Positions 36,392 to 49,278 are shown, counted from the first letter of the stretch. The stretch is DNA of 64,000 bases from Antedon mediterranea (GCF_964355755.1 NC_092675.1:25082912-25146911); one strand, 5' to 3'. The notes: generated from the sequence alone by a model not told the origin. Numbers and translations are program-made.

Positions 36392-36790
36392 TCAGTCAAA
36401 ATCAGAAACTAGGCAACATATACAGGCGGCGCATAGTGCACCCATACACGCAGCTTCATAAGGGTCCGTCTCCTGACGTCGTCGTCGACTGTCCACGACG
36501 ACAACTCTCTGATTTGGCCTCCGATTATGTGTGTGAACGCTGTAGTTTACTTGTCCTGGAAGAGAACGTCCATGTACCGGCTTATATCCATGATTGGGAG
36601 GATGTTGTTGATGTTGTGGATAGGCTGCCGTCATCCCCGATGTGTAATTTCCGAAAGGATATTGAGCCGAATAAGCAGGAGCCTGTTGCAAAACCGGGGG
36701 TGCAGTGGCGTATTCGTATGGTGGAGGTGGCGGTAGTTGCTGTGGTGGAGGTGGTGGTAGTTGCGGTTGTGGGTTTCCTTGATGGTTCAT
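36392..36790 (-). CDS. CYSTM1-like Pro/Gln/Tyr-rich protein with cysteine-rich tail, 132 aa
   Basis: MNHQGNPQPQLPPPPP..PPPPPYEY..QRVVVVDSRRRRQETDPYEAACMGALCAACICCLVSDFD. Short 5'UTR intron (donor about 36897, acceptor about 36812), so the ATG at 36790 is preferred. Confidence 0.8.
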   Translation of the reverse strand: MNHQGNPQPQLPPPPPQQLPPPPPYEYATAPPVLQQAPAYSAQYPFGNYTSGMTAAYPQHQQHPPNHGYKPVHGRSLPGQVNYSVHTHNRRPNQRVVVVDSRRRRQETDPYEAACMGALCAACICCLVSDFD

Positions 36791-38504
36791 TTCCTTTAAA
36801 TCAGCCTGCAACTGTATAAAAAGCAATTAAATAGATTATAAATGATGTTTTGGTTATATAATATCAATCCAACCTCCTTACTCACAATCGTTTCTTACCT
36901 TGTTACTTTAATAATTCAGGAAACCGTCAAAATACATGGATTTGAAATCATGTGTAGAAGGCGTTCATGTCTCGGCCAATTTCACGCATTAAATCCTGCA
37001 CTTAGCACCAATGTGTTAGAGTTAGCAACATTCGTAACAGCAGGATCTTTATTTTGTATTCTATTAATATTCAAAAAGAAGAAATCTAATTCGCCTGACG
37101 TACTCCGATAATAATAGTTCATATCATTATAATACAATTCTATAGTCACTATTATTGATCGATAAGCTTTTGTTAAACATGTTGTGACTGCGCGTCACCG
37201 GTTTCTATGGTTTCCAAAAATGGATATTAAAATCGGTATTTGTGATAGTTACATGGCCAAAACACTGCTGTTGCTTCGAACATTAACTGATGTTAATTAC
37301 CAATAATTATAGATTGCAAACTGGAGCCCCTCATGAGTGTATTAAAGCAAACTTAATATTTTTTCAATATATATGAAGAAATCCTCCCTAAGATCATAAG
37401 ATACAATAGTTTTAAGATGTATAAATAACGTTGTTTATCACATTTGCAGCAGACCCAAATTCCGCGTTGGCGTTTGTAACCAGCAATGCATAGGCCTAGT
37501 TTACATGCCCTATTTTTCGTGAATAAAATATTATGTACTGTACATTATCCGTTGTGCTGCCTACCGTACTATTGTTTCCTGTTTCCAGTATGTACACTAA
37601 CTCTATTTATATACTGTTTGACATATAAGTCTTTAACCTTTTCCGTATAATAATATTATCGATTATTCTTTGGAACTGAATATGTTGAATATGATATTGG
37701 TGTTTTTTTGTTTTATAGTTTGTTTGTTCAGTAAAATACAAATAGAAAACATCTTCTGCTCAAAGTTCTGACTTTTTAAAAATAAATAAGTTCAAATATT
37801 TGTAATTATTGAAAGTAGAGAGTATTTAATAATTTTGTTAAAATGTTATACACCAACAGATCTTTGTTCATATTCATTAATGAACATGCATCATCATCAT
37901 GTGTTTCTTGTTTCAACTAGATATCTTGTACTAGATTCAATGTTTTATCATTTTTTTAAATGTTCGTCATGTGTTGCATGTGAAAAGATGATTACTGAGC
38001 TATAAAATAAACAATACGAAACCAGTAATATAATGTATATTGTACTTTATCAAAGTCATATCCAAATCAATGTTTCATTGGTTTTATATTCAATGACTAA
38101 TCTACGGTGACTAAATTGGAAGTAGGAACGTGTTACGTGATACTCTGATTGTTTCATTATGACTTGCTTTACTATTATGGTAAACAAATCTAACCAGAAT
38201 TTTGAAATAACTGCAATATTTCGAAATTTCAGCTAATTTTACTCTTCCCTGGAATGAATCCATTTAGAATCTATTTCTCGTACGTCTTCACTATAGATTT
38301 TTATTGTACCAAAACAAAACAATAATTGCTTACTCATTGTTTATGTCTAGTGAATGTATATTATCATATTATTCTTTATTATTTCTGTATTGCATTAAAC
38401 TCAACTCAACATAATTATAATGTTTCGCCAAACGATACTGGATCTAAGAATGTTGTTCTCGGTTGTCACTAAAACGTATTAGTACCTTGAGATTCCAAAT
38501 AGAT

Positions 38505-38795
38505 TTACTCCACTACACCTTCTCGGGGTGAACACATGCAAAAGTCACAAATAGCTGCGATAATCGGAACACGGTGAATTCTTCCTCGATAGTCGTTTGG
38601 TTCCTGTCTAACGCGTCTCTCGTCATCAATGACGCAAACAGTATTCCGTGAAACGCTTCTTGGAAGAATTGTAATCGGCAGTTGGTTATTTTCTTCTTTC
38701 TTCTGAGTAAAGTTATCATTTTCATTACAAATATTTTTTACTGGGTCTTTCTTTTCATTTTCATCATAATTAATGTCTGATTGTTTATTTTCCAT
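38505..38795 (-). CDS. Divergent CYSTM-like small protein, 96 aa
   Basis: MENKQSD..NTVCVIDDERR..VPIIAAICDFCMCSPREGVVE; shares the TV.V.D/E.RR motif and Cys tail with its neighbours; splice acceptor at about 38923-38929. Confidence 0.55.
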   Translation of the reverse strand: MENKQSDINYDENEKKDPVKNICNENDNFTQKKEENNQLPITILPRSVSRNTVCVIDDERRVRQEPNDYRGRIHRVPIIAAICDFCMCSPREGVVE

Positions 38796-40669
38796 TTTTA
38801 CTTTAGGGCTGCTCTGGTCTATTTTCAATATATAGCGTTATGTCATTTTGCTTGATAATATGTATAATAGGCATCATTACCATCGGTTTCAGAGCCATTA
38901 TTCGTCTCTTGTAGAATTGTATCTGCACTGAAAATAAAATATTTATATTTATATATATATATATATATATATTTCTGCAAAACTATCTCTTAGTTTGCTA
39001 CATTTGTATAACGTGCGTAACAATGCTTCCATCATCACAAACTAGCCCTAAAATAATTTAAATTGCATCTTTCTGTGTTACACACTAAATACGAGTGGTA
39101 ACGATGTCAAATCATTCATTTCTACTGCGCATATCAACAAAGTCATATGCCTAAATGTCACAACTTAATTTTCTGTCTGTAGATAATTATTGGAATGAGA
39201 CCACAGTATCGTATAGATAGCCATACTAAATTAATTTTTATTCTTAACTATTTATTTAACCATAGCAAATAAACGGTATTATGTACCTCAAAATGACATT
39301 TTGTAGGATATTCTATTATGTGATTGTAGGCCTAATTAATTTCAACAAGTGGGTCTACATCTGTGAACCCTTCCCGTGCGGAAATCGAAATGTAGACTTA
39401 GAGCTTTTTCTATAAAGGTAAAGACAGAAAAAGTCAAACTAATTAAATTATATTTTTATCTTACCTAGTTGCCATTTATAACTTACACGGCGGAAATACA
39501 AACTAGAAACAGAAGGAATTCCTTTTGTATTTAAAGTGGAAAAACTAAATTTGCATCAGTATTATAATACCTACCTGCAGTGTTTACTGAACGATATAAT
39601 ATCAGCTACTCCATTCAGTCAAGGCCTAGATTAGAATCTACATGCTGGGCATATAATAGTATTGACTACCATCCACTCTCTTCATCTATATATTACTACA
39701 TCAATTGATTATGTAGCAAGCACTAGCTTCCTGCCTTTTCATGTAACAACCGTCGATTTAGTGAGCCTTGTCAATTTCATTATCCCGTACTACGTACACT
39801 TGAATAGAGTATAACAAATTCTGCCTTGCGTTTGAATATTGATTAAGAAATCATTGATCGAATAACGTTGTAAAAGCGTAAAATTATAATGTGACCTAGA
39901 GTTATAATTATTTCTACAAGAAGATAAGTCGGATATGACATCATTAAACTTCTATAACTGTGTACAGAATATCGATAAGTGACAATAAATTGAATACAAA
40001 TTAAAAATAGAAATCAATACAAAAATTATACATTACGGTATTTCAGTGATATCAAACAGGAATGAATGATACAATAATTATGTCCTGGTTGGATGCAGAA
40101 TAGACAAGAAATATTTCTTACAAAAAACGCCGCGTAACTTTTTGACTGGACAGTTGTAAGAACAGTCTTCATTAATTTAATATAATAGGTCGGCCAATCA
40201 AAACGCAAGTGAACAATTGGGACTTTACTTGTGATTTATGTCATTATGGCCTGTCAGCACAGTCGTTTCTTTCTAGAATTAATTAAACGCACAAACTTGT
40301 ACTGTATTGGGAATAATTTATGTTTATGTGGTTATTACTATCGCATTTAGGTATTGATAATAATAATAATATGGCTTTTGAATATATAATTACTGTCTGT
40401 AGAATAACATTTATACATTTTCGGTTCGCGATGAAAAGTTATATGAATGGATTTGTAATAGGTATTTATAATAATAGTATATGGGTTGTATTATTGCTAA
40501 GCTATCACCAAATCGCGTTATACCATTATTTCTCAGGGTTTTTTGCACCATTGATCAATACCAAACGCTTATCGGTATTATAGTTTTTAATGAATCATTA
40601 CATTAATAAAAATACCCAATTAAATCAATCGCGTCAGTCCAATTCCGACTTATGTTTCGATCACATAGT

Positions 40670-40817
40670 TCTGTGTCTACACTGTCCCAACTAGTTTAAC
40701 AAAAAAAGTGTGATGTGCCCAAATATGGTAGTGATATGCCCGAATATCGTAGTGGACATCGTCATGTCTATATAATATGGGCACATCATATTTAGTTTGA
40801 TAGTATAGCCAGAGCTT
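40670..40817. mobile_element. Harbinger-like MITE (CTGTCTACACTAT family), degenerate
   Basis: Ends GTCTACACT / ATAGTATAGCCAGAGCT; internal TGTGATGTGCCCA / TGGGCACATCA; related to 55990-56217. Confidence 0.55.
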
Positions 40818-40839
40818 AAGGATTATATTTAAAAAATGT

Positions 40840-41890
40840 TTTCTTACATTTTGAAAAAAAGTATTTATTTGTTTATAAGCCCAATTTTCCAATCTTAATT
40901 TTACATTTTGAAAAAAAAGTATTTTATTTGTTGATAAGCCCAATTGTGCATTCTTATTTTACATTTTAAACGAAAGTATTTATTTGTTGATAAGCCGAAT
41001 TTCCAGTTTAATAATAATGACCCCTTCCACAGTGCTTATACCATATAAATTTTACATGATATTGACCGTGGGTTCTTTACGCCTCTGATGCATTTGTTTT
41101 TATTGTACCTTTTTAATAAATTATTATATGTTTAGGCCTAATCACACCCAATTTAATGAAACGGTCAGATTCCGATTTCAATTGAACGAAAGTAGTACTG
41201 TATTTATTATTCATTGATAAGCCAAGGGTCCCATGGCGTTAGCCGATATCTTGAGCATTTGACTCATGTGTCAACCTGTAACACAAATCATTCTTCAAAA
41301 TCTAAAGAAAGAACCTCACACGTCTTTTTTGTGAGTGATACACTATGGATATGCCCACGGAAATAATATGTGGACATTGCAAACAATCATATGCCTACAG
41401 TAACAAACATAACATGGCTAATAAGCATAAAACATTCAGACTTGTTTGTTTTCTAGTGGATTTTTATTTACTTTAGCATGTAGAATAAAACTAGTAACAG
41501 TGGCTATATTAATAATTATACTGATTATCCTTGATGTTATCGCGTCTAATAATAAAATATTTTGTTGTTGATAAGCCCAATTTTTCAGCCTTGATTTTAC
41601 ATTTTGAACGAAAGTGTTTATTTGTTGATAAGCCCAATTTTGCAGTCTTAATAATGACCCTTCCACAGTGCATTTTACATGATATTGACCGAGGGTCTTT
41701 ACGCCTCTATAGCCACTGATCAATACCACAATTAATGTACTTTTTTTAATGAATATTGAAATGTTTCAACATACCCAATTCAAAAAAACGGTCCGTTTTC
41801 GAGTTCAATCTTTTGATTAGAGAGGTTGGAGTTTCATTTTGAACGAAAGTATTTATTTGATTGATAAGCCAAATTTCTAGTCCTAATGAT
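40840..41890. repeat. About 58-bp tandem units plus a larger local duplication
   Basis: Units TTACATTTTGAA..AAAGTATTTATTTGTTGATAAGCCCAATT; block 40958-41190 recurs at about 41595-41830. Confidence 0.75.
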
Positions 41891-41950
41891 TTGAGATTCA
41901 ACGGGTTTTGCTTTCAATTGTATAATAATATAATTATATATATATATATA

Positions 41951-42200
41951 TAAACACAACAGGCATAGAAATAAATTCCAAACCGCCCGGTGATACACTG
42001 ACAATTATTTAATTAATTTTTGAAACGATAAAGATGAGGAAATCTGGGAGAATGAGAAAAAGTCGCCCCAACCGAGACTCGAACTCGGACCGTCTGCTTG
42101 ATATGCAGTTGCCCTAACCATTAGACCACTGGGGCTTTCATGGTATTGTTCTTTAACTCGATCGGATAACGACCCTTTAACATTCTCGGCGTGGTATTAA
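41951..42200 (-). mobile_element. Family-B tRNA-cassette repeat in (TA)n, copy 1
   Basis: Shares about 180 bp with 53081-53257; contains a tRNA-like 72-mer at 42064-42135. Confidence 0.75.
42064..42135 (-). pseudogene. tRNA-like sequence with near-complete cloverleaf (Glu/Asp/Arg-like body, ATC at the anticodon position) inside a repeat
   Basis: GCCCCAG-TG-GTCT-AATGGTTA-GGGC-A-ACTGC-ATATCAA-GCAGA-CGGT-CCGAG-TTCGAGT-CTCGG-TTGGGGC-G, then ACTTTTT. Confidence 0.7.
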
Positions 42201-42442
42201 TATAATATTAAGTATAATTATGAATTCACCAACACTTTCAGGCCCAATAACAATGATCCCGGGCCCGAGTTTTTGTAGACCGGACTTCCATGCACAGCCA
42301 CATGTTAAGGAATATGAATCTCTTTATGATTTTAATATGGTTCGAAATGATATTACACAACAACGATTAGACAGCAACTGTGCAAGAGTCCAACTTAACT
42401 AATAAAATCGGAATGATCAATTAATTGAACATTTACAGCATA

Positions 42443-42802
42443 AGGCCCATACACTAGGACGATAACGATCGACGATAAATAGACAAATGTGCATTTTTAA
42501 TACATAAACCAAAAGAAATATAAACAATTCCTTTGATGAAAATTATATTTTCACACGTCCAATCAAATGACGTCATGATTAGTAAGACCAATAATATCGT
42601 GACAATACAGCGATTTTATTGTTTTTATTTATCATGACGTCATTTGATTGGAATTTGAAAAACATTATTTTATCAAAGACAGCATAAATGATTATCCTAT
42701 AGGTCTAGAACGAAAACCTTTCTAATTTCTTTTGGTTTATGTAAAAAAAATGCATGCTATATATTTATCGTCCGTCGTTATCGTCATAGTGTAATTGGGC
42801 CT
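42443..42802. mobile_element. Palindromic Harbinger-like MITE, about 360 bp
   Basis: AGGCCCATACACTAGGACGATAACGA ... TCGTTATCGTCATAGTGTAATTGGGCCT, with inner CCAATCAAATGACGTCATGAT / ATCATGACGTCATTTGATTGG. Confidence 0.75.
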
Positions 42803-43859
42803 TTATACAAAAAAAAATAAATTGATTACGAAGTTACGTGTCATTTTCACCTATCACCAAAAAACTAACCTTTTCAACACTAATTAATTGTTACGAAGCC
42901 AATTTATATTATATATTTCATTAAAACTGAACTTTACGGTAAATGAAGAGTAAGTATCAGTTAATATGAATAATATAACTAGTAGGTCTATGAACTTGCG
43001 TCCAGACACAGAACTGTGACATTACTATCATAAATGTTGAAACCACTTATAAAACCTTTTTTTAAAGAAAATATAATTGTGTTAGGAGAAGGCTAATAAA
43101 CAAATAGATAATGTACAAACCTTTTTCTGGATTAATTAATGGAGCAGGCGTTCCTATACTAATAATCTGCTGCTGCTACCTAGACTGATTGTTCACCTTC
43201 TGACGATAATTGATTGGGCCTCCCTACGGCATCTGATAACCAAAAAAAAATTTACCAGGACTGTTTCAATGATTTAATATCTGACGGCGTATTATTATAA
43301 CATTGGCCTAGATTGACAGTCAAAAGAAAGTCATTGTAAATACCTCCCTTTATGTTGACAGAGCCAAAATAAAGTTTTGACCATTATCGAATGATTGTTT
43401 GACAGTGACTTATTATAATACCGGCCTGGTTGACAGCAAAAACGAAGTTATTATTTATTGAACAAGATTTTACAGATTTCCGTCTACATCTCAATAATAC
43501 TGTATTATCAGCAAAGGCTTTCATATAGACTCTCTTCTCCCAGACGTTTTTTGGGTCCAGCAGCTACCTATAAATTATAGTGGAGTTTCCAAATTCACAA
43601 AACTGTCAGCCTTAGATACTAAAGCTACCGCTATGAAACAGCTTATTAATGAATGTGTCCTCCTGGGACATAGCTGGCTAGAGCCGCGGCGCGAAAAACC
43701 ATTGCAATTTCACGTGTTGCCATACGGGATGGATACAGTCTGAAAAGGGGTGTTTGTTTGGAAAAGCAGAAGAAAAGCGGAGAAGAGAATTTGTGTTGCA
43801 GCAAAACGGTACAGTTGCACCGTTATAAATTGAGACTGTTCATCAGAACAACTTACTTT

Positions 43860-44055
43860 GTTATGCTCAATATTTTATCTCTTTCGTTTTTTCACTTATT
43901 TTTTTGTTCATTGTTTTATACAGTATTTCTTTTTATGTATTTTGCATACTTATATTTATATTGTATGGGCCCTCATGAGACAAGCTATTGCTTCTAGTGT
44001 GGGCCCCAGTTATTGTCAAATAACTGAATAAATTTGTATGAATGAATGAATGAAA
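43860..44055 (+). mobile_element. LINE/SINE 3' tail (L2-like)
   Basis: T-rich 3'UTR, GGGCCC..GGGCCCC stem-loop, AATAAA, then (TGAA)n. Similar tails occur at about 49920-50062, 22700-22840 and 58020-58160. Confidence 0.5.
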
Positions 44056-44913
44056 ACAAAAATAGTCTCGAGTACTAAAATGTGACTTTTAAACGATGAT
44101 AAAGAGGTTTCAAATGATGATCAAATAAATGTAATAGTCAATCATGTTTTAGGATCAAATGTCTATGTAGGTCTACGTTAATTCAGGGAATGTAGAATTG
44201 TTAAAACATTAAAATGTAGTTCATTGTTAACGTGATATATTATCTATGATATTTTACAAAATTGAAACACAGTCTCACAATCCCTTTTCTAAAATATAAT
44301 TTATTTGTTTATTAATCACACAATCCTCGTGGTATACTGAGGATTGGTATGATCATGCTATAATCATGTATCATGAACCCCATAAGTGAAGAAGCTGTAT
44401 CGCAAACCTTGTTTTTTTATTCGTCATGCATAGGCCTATTTTTATATATCTATACTCGACGGAATTAGTTTCAATGTTAAATAGTTCTCATCTTGGATTT
44501 TGTAAGATAAATCTTTACTTTGTAAAATAATTAACGTTATATTAAAGAACCAATTAATTTTCCTAAATCAAAGATTACCAATTTAATTGCCATGTTTAGA
44601 GCATGTGTATTTTTTAACCAATCCAACAATTGATTCTTGGATCATAACATTTTAAATAACCACTTTTTTCTCCTCAAGTGTCGTTGGTTTGGCCTCATAA
44701 ATCATCTGCATGCCATAAAAATGGGGATGTGTTCTTAATGGATCTTATAGGATACATTAAGTGACAGTTCTAAGACTAAATACAATATTCTTGGAAAGAA
44801 GCATATTATCATATCTTATTTTATTTCATCAGTTATATTAAAAGCGATATTATTCAGCTTAGTTGGAACTTTCAAATCTAGTTAGGTATTAAAACAATGT
44901 ATCATGAGGTTGA

Positions 44914-45222
44914 TCATAGCTGACAAAATACACAAGCAGCACAGACGACCGAAAGACCCAGAAATCCAAACCATCCAACATCCTTCTGGCACTCGCAACA
45001 GCAACAGTTGTTTTCTTCATCTTCTGGGATAGAAGGGCTAACAGTCCGGGAATCACTATGATAAGACGATGGAAAAGGTTGGGCTACGACGACTCGATTT
45101 GTATAAGGTGGAGGAGGTTCCACTGGTCGTGTTTCATATTGCTTTAGACTAATGTTTGTTGCCGACGCTGAGTAGTCATAAGGCGGCAAAATAGGAGTTT
45201 TTTCAGAATCAGAATCTTCCAT
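44914..45222 (-). CDS. CYSTM-like small membrane protein with PPxY motifs, 102 aa
   Basis: MEDSDSEKTPILPPYDY..EPPPPYTNRVVVAQP..NNCCCCECQKDVGWFGFLGLSVVCAACVFCQL; first true ATG at 45222. Confidence 0.7.
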   Translation of the reverse strand: MEDSDSEKTPILPPYDYSASATNISLKQYETRPVEPPPPYTNRVVVAQPFPSSYHSDSRTVSPSIPEDEENNCCCCECQKDVGWFGFLGLSVVCAACVFCQL

Positions 45223-47109
45223 CGTCAATATTTGGTAATGGAAATATAAATAATGTTTATTTTGTAACAGTGTTTCTATCTTGGTATGCTACACATTTTC
45301 ACGACGACGTGAACTTCCTCAAAAGGCAATTACGTATATGCATCATATTGCAAGAAGCTGAACGCATGTGTTGTTTAAGTTTTGTATTAATCCAGTGTTG
45401 ACGATTAATTGAAATAATCTATCCATAAAATCCATAAACAAGGAAATGTAGTAGATCCTAAATAAATACACTTCAAAATACACTTTTGGTTAGATGAATC
45501 CTGATTCACTAAAATAGACAAGATAACATTGTGATTTAGTATTATTGGAATTATAATAATTTAGCAATCTGTGTGTTCCAATTGCGGTACTGTATTTATC
45601 TGAACACAGAGATTGTTATTGGCAAAAAAAAACATATAGAGGAAACCCCTTTTGTAGATTTTGAAAAAAAGCAGAATCTAAACATAATAATTTTAGTTGG
45701 CTATTAAAATTAACAGTAATGTTATGATGAACCATTGATTATCCTTGCGCTTTCACTATCCGAATATCAACTTTTCTAATTATCTATTTTGTATAATAAT
45801 AGTTTCTTACATACGGGTAATCTTTATTTTAAATGAAATAAAAAAAGAATTATATTGCAACTGTTTCTGAGAATATTATGACTTACCAAAACGTATGTAT
45901 CATCTTGCTGTTGAGCTATCATTTTTTGTGTGGTACACTCAAAGTTTCTAAACCCTTGCCGTCAGATCCTCTTGCAAACGTCGTCACACTGTCACGTTGT
46001 AGGGCCTAATCGAACATCAATTATTCTTTTAAATACCAGTATGTGAATTCATTAACGACGTGTGTATATATAATAGAGAGCCTTGTTATTCGCATCTCAC
46101 TACAATACTGTATATAATATTCACCATTGACAGTGATAATCATTTAAAAAAACGAGGTTGGATTTTCTGTTTTGCTGGTACCGCTCAGTCATACACGTGA
46201 TTTTTAGTTACAATAATTACAATAATGATCATAATAATCATATTAGCATTCGAATTAATTTGGAATATATAAATAAATTGACATGACTATCACACAAAGC
46301 AATTACAAATAGTATCGCTATTAATGGCCTCTATTTAGAAACCGCCAAAGTTCTTAAACATGCGTTTTGCTATAACACTTATATAATGAATATTGATCTT
46401 TCAATTTTGTGCTACAAAGACTGGGACACGTATGGGCTATTCATTTCTTGCCGATGTCATTTTGCTTATGCGCGCTTGTTTGATTTTGTGATTACTTCGC
46501 TGAACTAATTACCTTCTTTACATTTTTGTTTGTTTATATATTTGTAAACCTGAAAACTAAAAGACGGACCATTACCAATTTTAAACAAACAAAATATAGA
46601 TGGTCACCTAATACTTCATTAAAGGCAATCTTGACTAGGATCCCAATTTTAAATATTTTACTAATTTTAGACAGATCTTACCCAAATTAATTCAACCCAT
46701 TGAAAATGATATAGCTACAATGACTCCATTAATTGTTGAGGCAATCCGGACGAGGATCCCAATTCTGGACCACTTTTAAGTTGTGGGTAGATGGCTAAAT
46801 TGTTATCAACTGAAAACCACAAAGTTTGTATATAATAATGAACATATTACATCAAAACTCCTGTTTGCCGCCCTACACTTTAGTTCGGTATCTCAAACAA
46901 TGGGCATTTTAAAAGGGGCATAATCATTTTCATTTTTCTGAGGTCAGCAGATGTATGACAACACATATAGTAAGCTTTCTAATGAAAACAATAATTGGTA
47001 ACCTTTCGTATTATTATTTTACAAATTCATTCCCCTATAGAGCTTGTGAACGTCACTTAATTTTGTAATAAATATTAATTATGGTTATAATGATTAAGGA
47101 TATAAATAA

Positions 47110-47372
47110 CCCTGAGATCACGCGTCCAAATTCAATTGAATTATTTAAAAAAAACAACAGTTGACACTTATACATCTTACTTTCTTTATTAATTTATTAT
47201 ATCACCTTATAGAGATCCGACCTTAAAAACTAAGAAAGAACGTGACCTGTATCACGTGTCCAAATTTAATTGAACGATTTAAAAAAACAACAGTTTACAA
47301 TTATACATCTTACTTTCTTTATTAATTACCTTATTTATAGATCCGAACTTATAAACTAAGAAATAACGTGTT
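47110..47372. repeat. About 130-bp direct tandem duplication
   Basis: ATCACG(C/T)GTCCAAATT..TATACATCTTACTTTCTTTATTAATT..AGATCCGA..AAACTAAGAAA..AACGTG occurs twice. Confidence 0.8.
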
Positions 47373-49278
47373 TCATTATCAGTGGGTACAGCTCTAACCT
47401 GTGAATTGTTCGTTATTATGTCATCTTCACTGCACTTGATTTTTAAGGATTTTTCCAATTTAGGAAGAATATTTTAAGTAACCCAATTGATGGATCTGAA
47501 ATTTAAGATATTTGCTCTTTAACCTAGTTTTCGTATTGCATTATATGTTCATTTTGTACTTCTCCAGTTGTTTGATTTCGATCTTGTTGCTTTTGCGTTT
47601 GAAACACAGGAAGAGCGTTTTGTAATTGCACTATTTCGTGCATGCAATTTTCATTATGCACTTTTGGCTCTATAACCTGCATACTGTCAAATCCTTCTTC
47701 GATTGTCGCTGTATCTGCTGCGGTTGTGTGTACATCCACTTTTGTACACGCATTTGGTTTGATTTCTGGCCAGCTTATATCCAAATGTCCAAAGTCATCG
47801 TCCCCCAAAGAATGTGGTCCAAAACTTGATGCATTTATTCCATCAGGTTCAACGGAACTTTCACTAACAGTCCTATTTTGTTTGTTCATGTCCATACCTT
47901 CGTTTTTCAATAGTCAGAAACTAACCAACGCCTGAAACTAAAAAAAAACAACTTTATCGATTCGATCTTGAAATGTCAAAATCTTATCTCAATTATATAT
48001 TTAATTTTATTATGATATCGTACATTATTAGTGGACCATGTTGTTATTGTTTAGAATTAACAAAAGATGGCGGATGACGTTCGTAATTGTCTTTTGTCAT
48101 ATACAGTGTTTTTTAATTCAGTGTTTTCTCATCGACTGGTTAAACAATTATGAATTGTTTTTCATGATAACATGACATGACATAATATGTTCCACCATCA
48201 ATTAAGAGTATACATTGGTTGTAACAGGTCTATTGGTGGTTGTGACTTTCAACTAAGTTGATTATAGTGGACATTTCTGTTTTCGCGTTTACCATTAATT
48301 CAGAAAGCAGTGAGACTCTCCTTCCATAATAATAGACTGTAAGCCTATAGGCCTATATGTCATATTGTGTATTAATATTGGCCAAATTAGGTCTCTCACA
48401 CTGTCGTATAGCTAAAGTTTACCGTGCGTCTTTTCGTGACCAATCAAACTTGACCTAAAAGTCATGATTTGTAAGTATTATGATACGACAATATTAATAT
48501 AATATAGTACCTACCTCTCTGTAGTAAGCTGTTTTATTATTGTAGCCCGTGGTAATATAGCCTGTAGCCAATTCCTATACCTACCTAACAGAAACGCAAT
48601 AAGAAGGGTGCGTCATCTTAGTCACGTCCGTCCGTTTCAACAACTGCCTTTAAGTTCCGTTTCACGATTGTTGTTCGGATATGACATTTTATCTGGATAT
48701 TAATTATTATTATTATCTAGGACTTTCAAGATGTACAAGCAATCAAAAATGGTTATTAAAACAGCATTAAGTGGCCTACTATTAGGCTATTATTTAAGAA
48801 ATATTTTTACTTATTTATAGGCTACATTTTATGTGAATTTAACATAGGCCTGATAAGGCCTAACCACATAATACCATACTGAAATGGAGGTACCGTAATA
48901 ATATTTATTCACCTCGTCAGCCCATAAGCTTGAAAGTACGGGAAAATGTGGAATAATCTTAAATATCCACACTCATGAGGGCTTATTTTAAGAAAAACTT
49001 TTAAATTATCAGTCCCCATTTTCAATTTATTCGTGACACCTTTTTGCTTTTTATTGTTTTGTTTTAGTTGTAATTTTTCTAATTGTCTAAACGCTATGCA
49101 TAATAGAAACTTGATACAGACGTAGTAATAGTCCTAAATACATTTCTATAAAATATTACGTAATATCTGATCCCGTGTGTCGGTCGTCGTCACATCCGGC
49201 GAGTGACTATTTGTGACCTTTGACCATTCGTCTCCTCCGCGCGAGTTTGTTATTTTTTGTAGCGGAAGTCAATACAAA

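Noticed and set aside
36265-36819. 184-aa plus-strand ORF
   Set aside because: Antisense shadow of the CYSTM1-like gene; TTG start and no recognisable features.
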